63,832 nt of DNA, filler included, from Vannella sp. (GCA_023345925.1; 7 parts of 7 records of this genome joined end to end with filler, not necessarily neighbours in it); one strand, 5' to 3'. Shown: positions 48,613-62,191, counted from the first letter of the whole stretch. Program-made: numbers and translations. Notes: generated by a model from the letters alone, not told the origin.

Positions 48613-50556
48613 ATGAGGTGCTTGGCCTTGCTCTTCTGCGGAGTGGTGTGGGCCAGTACTGGCATCCTGGACAGATACTTGCTTGAGATGGAAGGTGGAG
48701 ATCGCTTCTCTTGCGAGAAAATGGCAGGAGTGCCCATCACATGGACTTCCCCCTTGGGCGCGTGTGGATTAGACTCGAGGACGTACTTTAACCAGATGGG
48801 GAACAGTACAATGACTTCTTACTTGCAGTGTCTTATCAAAGGTATCGGTAAACCCTTCAAGAACGTCGGTATTGCCTATCCAGGGAGCTGCGGGTGCCCC
48901 AACTTCTGTAACAACGCCACCTTGCAAGGGAACTGCATAGAGAACCAATGCCAGTGTAACAGTGGTTGGGAAGGAGTTGATTGTAGTCAAAGTAAGCTCT
49001 TCTATCCCTCTCCGAGGGAACCCTTCTCACCTACTCCGGAAAGTCGCCAGTGATAACACCTGCAGTGGAGTGGGGCGAGTGGTTACCATTGAGAACATTA
49101 ACACCTGTGAATGTCCCACTGGAAGGAGCATGAGCGACTGCTCAGCGAGTGTAGGGAACATCCCAGCATTGACTCAAGTGATAGTTCCTGTCCAACAGTA
49201 CTCTGACAAGGAGGAATACGGCAACGATAACCCCATCTTCGATAGGAGTGTCATTGCTCAGATCCATCTCACTATGCCACCAGAGTTCCTCACTTATCAG
49301 CAAGAACCTGGCAACAGCGATACTGAAGAGTACTTAGTAAGTGGAGGGTCTTGAGAAGCGGAGGTAGAAGGCTGACGTCACCCGGTAGCCAGTGACAATG
49401 GCATTCTACAACGGGGTGACAACTCAAGTATTGGACAAAGTTGGATTCCGGTTGAAAGGACATGCTTCTCGGCGCTACGTCAAGAAAACCTTCAAATTAT
49501 CCTTCAGCAAGTTTGTTACGGACAGGAAATGGGCTCAGCAAAAGAAGCTGGAGCTCAAGGCCATGCAACAGGATGTTTCTGCTTTGAAGGAAGGAACATG
49601 TCTCGATTTGCTTTACTCGCTTAACGCTCCTGCTCAGCGTTATGGGTATGCTGAGCTATTCATTAATGGTCAGAGTATGGGAGCCTATCTGATGCTTGAG
49701 AGTCTGGATGATCAATTCCTTGATTCTCGGCTTGGAAATGACAAAGGTGCCTTTTACAAGTGCCGTGGAACATTGGAGTATCTTGGAATGGACCCTGAGC
49801 TTTATCGTAATGCCACTTCGACAGATGGTGACTTGGCGTATGGACCAGAGAATGAAGCTGCTTTGGATTACACCCTCCTTCGAGATCTGATCCGTACCAT
49901 CAACGCTACTGACAGGATCTTCGTCAACTCTCTTCGTGCGTACTTCTTTTTGGTTAGAGACTGTTCTAACATACTTGACAGCTCAATATCTTGATGTGGA
50001 TTTGTATGCCAGAACTTTGGCTTTTGAAGTTATGACAGGAAACTGGGATGGGCTCAGAAACGCTAATAACTACTTCTTGTACTATAACAAGGAATCTCGA
50101 GTCTTCCAGTACCTGAGACATGATGTTGAGATCTCTTTTGGCATTTGGAATACCTACGTCGAGATGGCTCTCTTCCCTGTTTATACTTGGGGAGAGGGTG
50201 CCCGTGGTTATCGTCTCATTAACCGATTCCTTGCAACCCAGCCATTCCGAGGACTGTTCACGAAGTATTGCCACCAATTGATAGCCCAATCTCTCCATCC
50301 AGGACTTGGAAGTTTCCTTTCGAAAGTGACGGCAACGAATCAAGAACTCCGTCCGCTCATCCGCAAAGATCAATGGCGCTTTACTGACTTGGCTTTCAGC
50401 TATGATCAGTTTCTTAATTTCCCTATCAAAGGATTTGCCCTCCCAACCGGAGAGAACTTTCAAAGTACCATCCCCGCCGTTCGCACCCTTGGAATCGAAG
50501 AATTCTTGATTCTCCGCGTAGAAAGTGCCCTCAGCCAGCTGGACAGTCCCATGTAG
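48613..50556 (+). CDS. Secreted EGF-like plus CotH kinase-domain protein, multi-exon
   Basis: Signal peptide; CQCNSGWEGVDCS EGF motif; CotH motifs FRLKGHASR..KKTFKLSF, YAELFINGQSMGAYLMLESLDDQFL, GNWDG..NANNYFLY, HDVEISFG. Confidence 0.85.
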
Positions 50557-50886
50557 ATCCGAATAGACTCTCTTTGACAAAAAACCGTTCTGCAGAATGT
50601 GGATGAAACGGACTTTGGATGTTGTCAGTCACTGGCAACAGGCATCCCATTTACTCTCTTTGCAGTTCATCCTGTATCCTTCATTTGGGCAAGACTATAC
50701 CTTTAGCTAACACATCAGATTATCCCAAACTCCATTCTGCAACCGGCTGGGCTTAGTTGTAGGAGTAGAGCAACCAATTCAGTGCTTCTTCTGAATGCTC
50801 TTGAGTATTTCTGATGAGGAAAGCCAATTTGGCGCCTTTAAGAATGACTTCATTGACCATGTTGCATCGGAAGACAACTTTCTTGG

Positions 50887-52211
50887 TTAAGACAACAGAC
50901 ATTTGGTTTGTTCCTTTGGAACCATCACGGGATAATGGTATGGTGGATAGCGATCCATGATTTCGATTGAATAGTCTATCAAGGTGCAAGACTGAGTGAT
51001 GTTCAAGGAAGTTCTGCAGGAAATCTCCAAAAATGGTATGCGGAGTTCTTCAGCAAACTCTTGTGCTGTGCGATAGTCGACGGCCCTCTCTGTTTCCAGG
51101 TCTGCTTTGTTGCCAATCAAGATCTTGTGGACGTTTTTCCTTCCAGAACGGTCAACGTTCCCTAACCATCTCGGTACGCTCTGAAAAGAATGCTGATTCG
51201 TGATATCATAGAAGATGATTACTAAGTGAGCTTCTTGGTACCGACGTGTTCCAACAATATCATTGGCGGTTCGGGCTCTCACTGAAGCATCGTCGAACTC
51301 CAGCTTGACATACTGGCCCCTAACGCGGATGTGCTTGTAATGGCGGCAGCGGACATGGAAGCCATCCTCCGTCAGAGCTATAAAGGATGTGATGCCAACA
51401 TCTAGCTCGCCCAACAGCAGGACTCTGTACACAGGAGTACGAATCTAGGGAGGGTCAGAGTTTCCATTTCCTTTGATGTTGCGACGGGCTACCTGTTCAA
51501 GGCCGCCCGCACTAGTCAACATCTCCAGGATCTTCCCTTCGGTTTCTTTGTTTCTCCCTCTTTTGGCTGCATTCAGAGGTGTCTAACATCATGAATTCGT
51601 CTCTCTTTCTGATCCTCTGTAGTTTACCTCTCTCTAAACTCATTAATAAGCTGTCCACCCTCCCTATTGAGAAGCCTCACTCCTTTGTTGACATCAATTG
51701 CCCGAAAAGAGAGCAAATACTCGACCAATCCAACCTCTCCCCGGCCAGCTGCGAGTCCAAGAAAGGTCTGAAAAGGTGATGTCACGCCGTGTTCCGGTCA
51801 GGAGGAGACTTACCCGCTATTTCCCCCCTTTCTGTGAACTCTGGTCTCGTCATTGAGACGACATCACCCACTCCCTTTCGATTGGCGATTAGTTTCACTT
51901 TGTTTTGGAGATAATGAGCTTATTGAGCTCACATTCTTCTGCTCAGATGCGCTGAGTGGAGGTCAGCTATTCCAAATGGACTTACTGCCTGCGCAGTGGA
52001 CAGCCGGTGAGTTAATCTTGTTTCTACTCCATTCTAGATACCTACTTCCAAAATGACAGCCTTTGGTGAGACGCGAATCCTTCTCCCTGACGTCAACCGC
52101 AGAAACGAGCCATCTTACGTGATTCAACCTCTCTGGATAAGCCTCCAGGTAAGCTCTCAGCACCGGTATCGTCCAACAGGTCCTCCCATCCCAACGATCA
52201 GGGGCGGCCAT
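50887..52211 (-). CDS. Ankyrin repeats plus degenerate Rab1-like GTPase with CaaX; 10 exons including 6 microexons (predicted 287 aa)
   Basis: Exons 52211-52119, 52060-52046, 51988-51986, 51938-51933, 51874-51872, 51816-51814, 51767-51681, 51633-51628, 51582-51493, 51444-50887. Ankyrin KNGRTFLGLAAGRGEVGLVEYLLSFRAIDVNKGRETPL; Rab YDITN..SF, LIGNKADL; C-terminal CLLS. Confidence 0.72.
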
Positions 52212-52232
52212 GAGAAAATGATTCGAACTGGA

Positions 52233-52266
52233 AGGGTTTAGGGTCAATCACTAGGGTTTAGGGTTT
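52233..52266. promoter_or_regulatory. Telo-box-like TTTAGGG motifs in the 100-bp bidirectional promoter between ank-Rab and BIR-U-box genes
   Basis: AGGGTTTAGGG at 52233-52243 and TAGGGTTTAGGGTTT at 52252-52266, between ATGs at 52211 and 52312. Confidence 0.55.
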
Positions 52267-52311
52267 GTGAAAAGGTGAAGTGAGGGTACAGTCATTTTTT
52301 GGGGGTCTTGG

Positions 52312-53451
52312 ATGGCTGACAATGAGCAGAGTAGATTGGAGACATTCCAGGCATTAGGGTGGCCTCACCCAGCAACGCACAAAGCAACCCCTGCGAAGCT
52401 TGCTGCTTCTGGGTTCTTCTTGGTTCCGACCAACGAACATCCCGACAGGACCGTCTGCTATTGCTGTGGGGTTGGCCTTGTCAACTGGAGTGCCAACTCT
52501 GACCCTTGGTATGCAAATGAGCCCCCTCCGTCGTGGATACCCTCCTCACCATCTAACAGGGAAGAACACATCCGTCGGTCGCCTACCTGCGGTCTAGTGA
52601 CGGGCCATCACGCCAACTTCAAGTCAGAAATAGCTCGCTTTGAGAGCTTCGTGCACTGGTAAACTCTCTATCCTAAGCACAGCGAGCGCATCCTCAATTC
52701 CTCAAGGCCGCATCCTGAAACGTTCCAAGCGACCCCTGAGAAGCTTGCTAAGGCTGGCTTCTTCTTGCTTCCGAGAGATCCCTTTCATGACCGAGCGGTG
52801 TGCTTCTGTTGTGGCCTTGCTCTCGTGCAATGGGACCCTTCTGATGATCCTTGGTGAGTGACGAGTACAAACCTCTTGATACAGCGCCCTCTCACCTCTG
52901 ACATAGGACTGAGCATCAAACACACTCCAAAACATGTGCATTCGTCCGCCAAGAATCAACAGGGAACGTTCCCCTCTCCTGTAAGGACCAATGTCACCCG
53001 TTCTTGCCTCCCAGCTCACCTTGACCTCTTCCAGCTGACCCTGAGGAGAAGAGCAAGTCCTCTTTACAGCAAATGATCATTCGCGTGCGCCAATTGGGAG
53101 TGGATCCTGCAAACAATGCACCAACATGTTTCCTGTGCCCAATCATGCAGGTCAGTCCTTCCTCCCTCTTCCTTCAGAGAGTGCTAACCACCCACCCACC
53201 AAAAGGACATCTACACAGATCCAGTCGTGGCAGAAGACGGTCACACGTACGAGAAGTTTGCCATCAAAAAGTGGCTGGAGAACCACAACACCTCTCCCTT
53301 GACGAACAAGAAGCTCTATTCCAAGCGTCTGATCCCCAACCACAACCTGAACACCCAAATCCTGGACTACGTCGAGGCCCTCGTCGTGAAACACAACCTC
53401 CACACTGGCCTCGACTCCTCCAGCCCCGGAATGTATGGCTATGCCTCCTAA
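52312..53451 (+). CDS. IAP-like protein: two BIR domains plus a U-box (predicted 292 aa, 6 exons)
   Basis: BIR1 RLETF..WP..LAASGF..CYCC..W..DPWEEH..SPTC; BIR2 RFESF.HWP..LAKAGF..CFCC..W..DDPWTEH..SKTC; U-box FLCPIMQDIYTDPVVAEDGHTYEKFAIKKWL..TSPLTN..LIPNHNL. Introns 52509-52559, 52659-52706, 52854-52906, 52981-53034, 53151-53205. Confidence 0.9.
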
Positions 53452-53610
53452 AGAGCGGAGAAGTCTCACAGAGGTAGACCTTCTTGTACATTCTCGTACT
53501 TGGACATGGAGAGGTTCATTGCTCTTTGAAGGAATCTCAGAGGGGAAGGAGAGGGAAGGGGCTGGTGGAACACAACTCCTTGGACAAAGGAAGAGAGAGA
53601 GGGGCAGCTT

Positions 53611-54312
53611 CTACAGCAAGACGCAGCAGCTGCTGTCAGCTGTCTTCATAAACGCCTTCGATTGGTAGCTGAGCTCTGCAGAACTGTCCATCAAGTCCTC
53701 AAGTCTGATAGAGAAGGCATCAGCAAGGGATGAAAAGGATGATGGTGACTCACTTCTCCCCTCTCTCGAGGAGCTGGTCGATGGACTTGATCAAAATCTC
53801 TTTCGTCTCGCCTAAGTCCTTGTTGATCTTAGCGATGTCATCTGTGGGGCGACTGGTTAGTACTACCCTGTGTGAGTCTCCAGAAAGCCGCGTGGCGCAC
53901 CTGCTTGCTCGGGGTCTTGGTATTTGGTCAGGAGAACTTGCAGTTGGGGGGTTGGGAGGTCGGTGGGAGTGTTGATAGACTTCCATTGTTCACCGTGAAC
54001 GTTGGTGAAGCCCAGAAGGCACTTAAGCATGAAGCTCTGGGCGACTCGTTGGGGATAACTCTCGTCTGTACAAACAGCAATGGCTAATCCGTCGTGCTTG
54101 ACGATTACATGACACATGTGTTCTTTGTGTAGCACTGCGTGTCGATCCCCAGCCTTTGAATGAGATACAGCTTGTCCACTAACGAACTGCAGCACTTCCT
54201 TCGCGCTTCCTTTCGTGAAGAAGTTGAACGAACTCAGTTCGAATGCTGAGGCAATAGGGATAGGCTTCTCTGCACTCCACTTGTACACAATAACACAAAA
54301 CAACTGCACCAT
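53611..54312 (-). CDS. YKT6: YKT6 longin R-SNARE
   Basis: ELSSFNFF, YPQRVA, LLTKYQDP, ETKEILIKSIDQLLERGEK, FYKTA-like segment, C-terminal CCVLL. Confidence 0.9.
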
Positions 54313-54478
54313 GCAGAAAGGCACCAGGAAATGCTCCCTCTCCCACTTCACCTTCGCCCCCAACCCGTTCGCCGATTTGCCGACTTTTCCCGTTCTCCGA
54401 TCTCACCCGCTTTTAAAATCTTTTTGAGCGGCGGAATGACGATGGGACGCATATTTGCTTTTTGAGGTTTTGTGTCTA

Positions 54479-54496
54479 TTTTAGGGTTTAGGGTTT
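54479..54496. promoter_or_regulatory. Telo-box-like TTTAGGG motif in the bidirectional promoter between YKT6 and the C2 gene
   Basis: TTTTAGGGTTTAGGGTTT, ending 8 nt before ATG 54505. Confidence 0.55.
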
Positions 54497-54504
54497 CATT
54501 TCCT

Positions 54505-55780
54505 ATGCGGGGACCGGTGGTCGTGGTGCGGATCATTCGAGGGCGGGGTCTACCTGCAAAGGATAGGAACGGGTTTTCGGATCCTTATTGCACGGTGGTG
54601 TTGGCAAATGAGGACGGGACTTTCAACAAAGAGACGAGGAGGAAGACGAAGGTTGTGAAGAAGAGTTTAGATCCTCAGTGGGATGATTCCATCTCCTTGT
54701 AAGTGTCACATCTTTTCCTTCCTTTTCCCACCCTTCCCTTCGCTGGTGGGAATGACCTGGCCCTCGCAGTGACCTCTTGCCCACCCATAAGACTCTGCTT
54801 GTTCAGTGCTGGGACAAGGATCTCATCAAGAAGGACGACTTTATGGGAGAGATACGCATTCCTTTGAACGAGAACCACGAGACAACCCTGGCGTGGTATC
54901 CCCTTGGCCCTTTGGACGGAAAACCTACGAAGGGAAGCTTCTCTGGAGAGATTGAGATGAAAGTCACCTTCTTGAACGTTCCTTCACGCACACAAGACTG
55001 TTCTAATCAAAGAGATCGCTCTTGCAAGAATTACCAGTTCTTACCCGAGCAAGGAGTCTCTTGTGAGGCTTGCGATGTCACCTTCTGCTCTCTTGAATGC
55101 CACCAAAGATGGTGCAAACCAATGGAATACCTCAAGAAGATTGGCCAAGTCATCTGCCAACGTAAGGAGGCTTCTCGCTCACACTGCATCTTGATGGTCC
55201 TCTAACTTAGCAATGTAAAGGATCTCTCCAATCCACTCCAAACGGCAAGTTCCCAGATCACTGCACTCTGTCGGACCGATGCCAGTCTTATGGCAAAAAG
55301 TTGGGAGATCAACGTCTACAGGGATTGGAGGCACCCGAGGAGCTCGTTATGTTGATTACTGAGTTGTTTGAACATCTTTGTGGCCTATTTTGGTGGCCAG
55401 AATCGAAGAGTGTTGGTGAACTGAAGCGGGCGTTGACAGGAATCGACGAAGATCCCTTTTTCCCAATCTTACAGTCCGGCGCTGCTTCAGGAGCGGTGGA
55501 TGATGAGCAGTTGAAGGCAATTGCACAATGCTCTCTTTATGTGAGAACAGAGATTTTTGGAAAGTACAGCACAGAGATGACAGAATTCAATGCCCTTGTT
55601 GCCCCCTATGAGTGGAAATCACTTTTGCGAGTGCCACCAACTGCTAATGCCGATCAGAGCCTTTTAGATCGGGTTGTTTTAGGTGACCAAGCGGCCCTTG
55701 AGAAGTATTATGGTCAAGTGCAAGCTCAGCGCAAGTTGGAAGAGGATTTGGATAAAATCCGGCATCCCAGTGAGCAGTGA
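54505..55780 (+). CDS. C2-domain protein with a Cys-rich putative Zn finger and helical C-terminus, multi-exon
   Basis: GRGLPAKDRNGFSDPYC, KTKVVKKSLDPQW, CWDKDLIKKDDFMG (Ca-binding Asp residues); CEACDVTFCSLECH. Confidence 0.8.
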
Positions 55781-56061
55781 TTTGCCATTTGCGGTCAAGA
55801 AACTTCAGCGCCATTGGCTCCCTGGTCTTATGTCAAACACAAACACTTTATCCAATAATCTTCCTTCTATCTTGCTCTCATCTCATTTGGGAACTGGAAC
55901 TCTCTCTAGCTTGGCGGATTCTGGCTACACTCAAAGCTCTTGTTGGATGCATTTGTCTTGCTGCCTCAGATCTTCGTCACTGTTCTGCTGACTCAGCGTT
56001 AAGCCAGGGGATTGGTCGGTTCCGAGGGAGTTGGAGGTTCAGTTTGTGGGAGCCGGGTGCA

Positions 56062-58372
<2,311 letters not shown>

Positions 58373-58447
58373 CGAGTTAAACTCGAGCTTTGACGATAAA
58401 GCCTCAATCTTTCATTAAACTGGATTCAAGAAAGGTTCAGAAGTGAG

Positions 58448-60056
58448 TTATTCAGCCTTATCAGGCTTCAAGGGAAGGAGATTGTGAAGGAAATGTTCGA
58501 AATTTCCTTTGTGCCCTTGAACAAATGCAGGATCAAGATGGAGAGCATCTTGTTTGAATTGGTGGAATTCACCTTCTATACCATGACAGATACCACCTGG
58601 GCAAACCAAGTCATCAATCGAAGTGACAAAAACATTGTCTCTTCTCTTTGCCACTTTCAAAACGGTATCGCGGTAAACCTCCATCACTGGACAGACCTGT
58701 ACTTCCGCCTCACACTTCTTGGATACGTCTCCCACTGTGAAACAATCGCGGCCGGCGTCAGAAGGAATGGGGTGAGATAACATGATGAGAAACGCGCTTT
58801 TGGGGAAAAGGTCAAAGTACTGGTCCATTCCATAAGCGACCATATCTGGCCATTCAGGTTCTCCCACGTTTGCAAAAGGGACATCATCCGCCGATCCTAC
58901 TGGTCTCACATTGTTGTACTCGATACTACGGGTGATCAGCACAATAACGCTGGGCTTGTCCTCTGGGTTATCAGGGATCTGTACGGGCGGGCAAGCATTG
59001 ATTATCCCGAAGTTGATGTTTGGAGTGAACTTATACTCCAGGTAGAACCAAGGGCAACCATGCGTCACTTGGATTTGAGCTTCGAATCCATACTCAGCTC
59101 CAAGCTGTTGCCAAACAGGTCCCCATTCCTCTGCAAATGAATCTCCAGCCAGCAGGAACCTTCTGTTATAAGGCTCGATGCGGGTCAGAGCTGGGAATAG
59201 ACCATTGACATCCGCTTTAAGGTTCTGTGGGAGTGGCGGCTGCTCTTTGTGCACAATAATGTCGGATAGATCGTTCGATGCTTGGATCGGGAAGAATCCG
59301 ATGAAGATGAATGAGAAGACAACCACTGTAGCCAGTATTCCCAGTCCAATGGTCACCGAATCAGGGATGCGAAGTGAGCTGATTGGGCGATCAACGAGAA
59401 TGTAGGTCAGCCACGCCATAAAGATGGTGAAAAGGAGAACCTCAACGGAAGACAATACGTCAGAATGGATCAAGTTGAGCATTCTCCCAAGTCTGATGAT
59501 TGGAAAGTGCCAGAGATAGATGGCGTAAGAGTGTTTCCCCAAGAACTGGAATAAAGCACTTTTAAGCACCTTAGCAGGAAGGCTGTTATCATCCAGCTCC
59601 AATCCAACGATCAAGACCAAAGTCAAGAATGTGGAAAGAAACCCGGCATTCGTTGGGTCCACAGGTGCCAACTTGGTCGACAGCAAAAGAATGCCAAGCA
59701 GTCCTCCAAGACAGAGACTGGATCCTTGTGCATGGAAAGCCTTCGTAAGTCTTGGTGGCAAAGATCTTGGATCCAAAAGATCCAAGGTTGTGGTCAGCAT
59801 TACACCCAGAAACGCTCCTGAAAGGAGTTGATAGATTCTCATGGGAGTCGCGTAGTACCTTTGCTCCAAGGAAAGCCCGCTGTTGAAGTACTGGAGGCCA
59901 AGGGACACAAAGAAGGCAACTAAACACCCACGAGCAGTGTTTGTCGTATAGAAAGAGTTCCAGCGAAGCAGAGTGACAACAGCAAGAGGCCAAAACATGT
60001 AAAATTGTTCTTCGACGGCAAGGGACCAGTAGTGGAGGACAGGGCTGTCCCCAGCG
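58448..60056 (-). CDS. Acyltransferase-3 plus SGNH-like O-acetyltransferase (OafA/OatA architecture), 5' truncated
   Basis: SPVLHYWSLAVEEQFY.FWP, FLGKHSYAIYLWHFP, GDSFA, DLVC...C, QDALH (DxxH). Confidence 0.88.
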
Positions 60057-60156
60057 NNNNNNNNNNNNNNNNNNNNNNNNNNNNNNNNNNNNNNNNNNNN
60101 TTAATTAATTAANNNNNNNNNNNNNNNNNNNNNNNNNNNNNNNNNNNNNNNNNNNN
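60057..60156. other. Artificial contig linker
   Basis: N44-TTAATTAATTAA-N44. Confidence 0.98.
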
Positions 60157-61607
60157 TAAAAGTCCATCGTATGCCCATAGCGAGGGGTTGGGGGGTCATT
60201 CAAACACTGAACGGGGCTCCATTGCTCTGTTTGGAGGGATGAAGAACCGTGACTGTGTCAACGACCTGCACTTCTACGACCTCGAAACAGAGCAATGGAG
60301 CCCCGTTCAGTGTTTGAATGACCCCCCAACCCCTCGCTATGGGCATACGATGGACTTTTACAACGGCTGCCTTTATGTCTTCGGGGGCTACTGCAGCCTC
60401 AACGACAAGTACCACAAGAGCAACGAGCTCTGCATCTTTGATCTTCGTGAGTGTGTTCTCCCTCAACAGCACATCTAACGAGCCCTCAGAGACTTTGAGG
60501 TGGGTCATCAAAGTGGCCCAGAACGCTCCTGCAGCTCGCAACTATCACACCTCCTTGGTGCGCCGTGATAGCTTGTGGGTGTTTGGTGGCAGCTCCCTTT
60601 CATCAGAACCCTTGGACGATCTCTATCGATTTGACTTTGGTGCGCAACCCTTTCTCCTTGTGCATGTTCATGTTACTCACTTTTCGCTAAGCTCGTAACA
60701 CATGGCGCCAGATCACCTGCCAAGGTGATCGGCCTCCTGCGCGTTGGGGACATTCCATGACGCTGGCTGATCACACTCGATTCCTTGTCTTGGGAGGATG
60801 TTGGCTCGATGGACACTACGATGACCTTTACGAGTTCACCTTTGGTACGATCTTTGAGAGACCTTGAAGATCCGTTTAACACTGTCGGTAGACACTCAAA
60901 CGTGGAATGAGATTAAGATCAATTCGTCTCTTGGAAAGCTCCGCCATGGGATATCGTCTCATTCAGCAGTGATGTTCCACAACAAGCTCCACGTTCTTTT
61001 TGGTGGGACTTACGTCCTCACAGGGATGCTCTCAACGGAGGAGCTCCTCCTCAGCTGCGACTTTCTCGCACGACCAAAGGAGGATTCGTTATCCACAGAT
61101 TGGAAGCGCCTCTTCAACAACAGGAATCTGAGTGACATTGAGTTCCTTTCAGAAGATAGGAGTATCTACGCCCACTTGTTGGTTCTCTGTGCTCGCTGTC
61201 CTGTTCTCTATGAAATCGCCCGCGTATCCTCTGGAAAGAAGATTGAAGTGAGCGGTATTGGGTACAAACGACTGTGGACACTTCTGTTCTTCATTTACAC
61301 AGGCCAGATCTCTCCCATTGAGAGCTTAGAGGAAGCCCTTCATCTGGTGATTTGGTGTCGGCGCTTGAAGATGTCCGACTTGCTCCACTTGCTTGAAAGG
61401 ATGATACTTCCTCTTGTCAACGCAGGCAACATCTCTTCAGTTCTCCTAATGGCTGAAAAGCACGAATTGTCTCAACTGAAGGTCGCTTGCATTGTCTCCC
61501 TGGAAGAACTGTGCAAAAATGATCCCAATAACTCTATATCTTTCCAAGGCTTTTCATCTCATCTGTTGCAATTAATAGCAGAGAGGAATTTGGCACACCA
61601 AAAATAA
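60157..61607 (+). CDS. Kelch-repeat plus BTB protein (5' truncated), multi-exon
   Basis: PTPRYGHTM..YVFGG, PAARNYHTS..WVFGG; BTB SDIEF..IYAHLLVLCARC..LLFFIYTG. Confidence 0.85.
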
Positions 61608-61760
61608 ACCCTGAACCCCAAAATCCACGGATTCATCTTTATCGTTCCTGATTGGTCGGCATCTGTTGGATACGATTTTGGTGCTGCCCGTTGGCACTTC
61701 AAGAGGGAGAGTTTCGGTTCAACGGATCACTCTCACATACTCATTTGCTACTCACCTCAA

Positions 61761-62191
61761 ATGGTACGAGATCACACTTCTACAACGAACTTCTTCTAAC
61801 CTCCCCTCAGCCACCAAAGACTCCATCCGCCTCCCAAACAAACAAGAAGAAGCCCGTTTCACGTTCCCATCGAGCTGGCCTTCAGTTCCCTGTCGGTCGT
61901 ATCCATCGTTTCCTGAAGGAGAGCGCCTCTGCTAGTGGCCGTGTTGGTGCAACCGCCGCTGTTTACAGTGCTGCTATCCTCGAATACCTGACCGCAGAGG
62001 TTCTCGAGTTAGCCGGAAACGCCTGCAAGGATCTCAAGGTCAAGCGTATCACCCCCCGTCATCTTCAACTCGCCATTCGTGGTGATGAAGAGTTGGACGC
62101 TCTCATCAAGGCCACTATTGCTGGAGGCGGTGTCATCCCTCACATTCATAAGTCTCTCATCAGCAAGAAGGTCAAGAAGGGCCAAGAGTAA
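61761..62191 (+). CDS. H2A.Z: Histone H2A.Z; ATG-only first exon followed by an intron
   Basis: [68 protein letters not shown]. Confidence 0.95.

Noticed and set aside
52233..52266. TTTAGGG units as a true telomere
   Set aside because: Only 2-4 units, internal and between genes; treated as promoter motifs instead.
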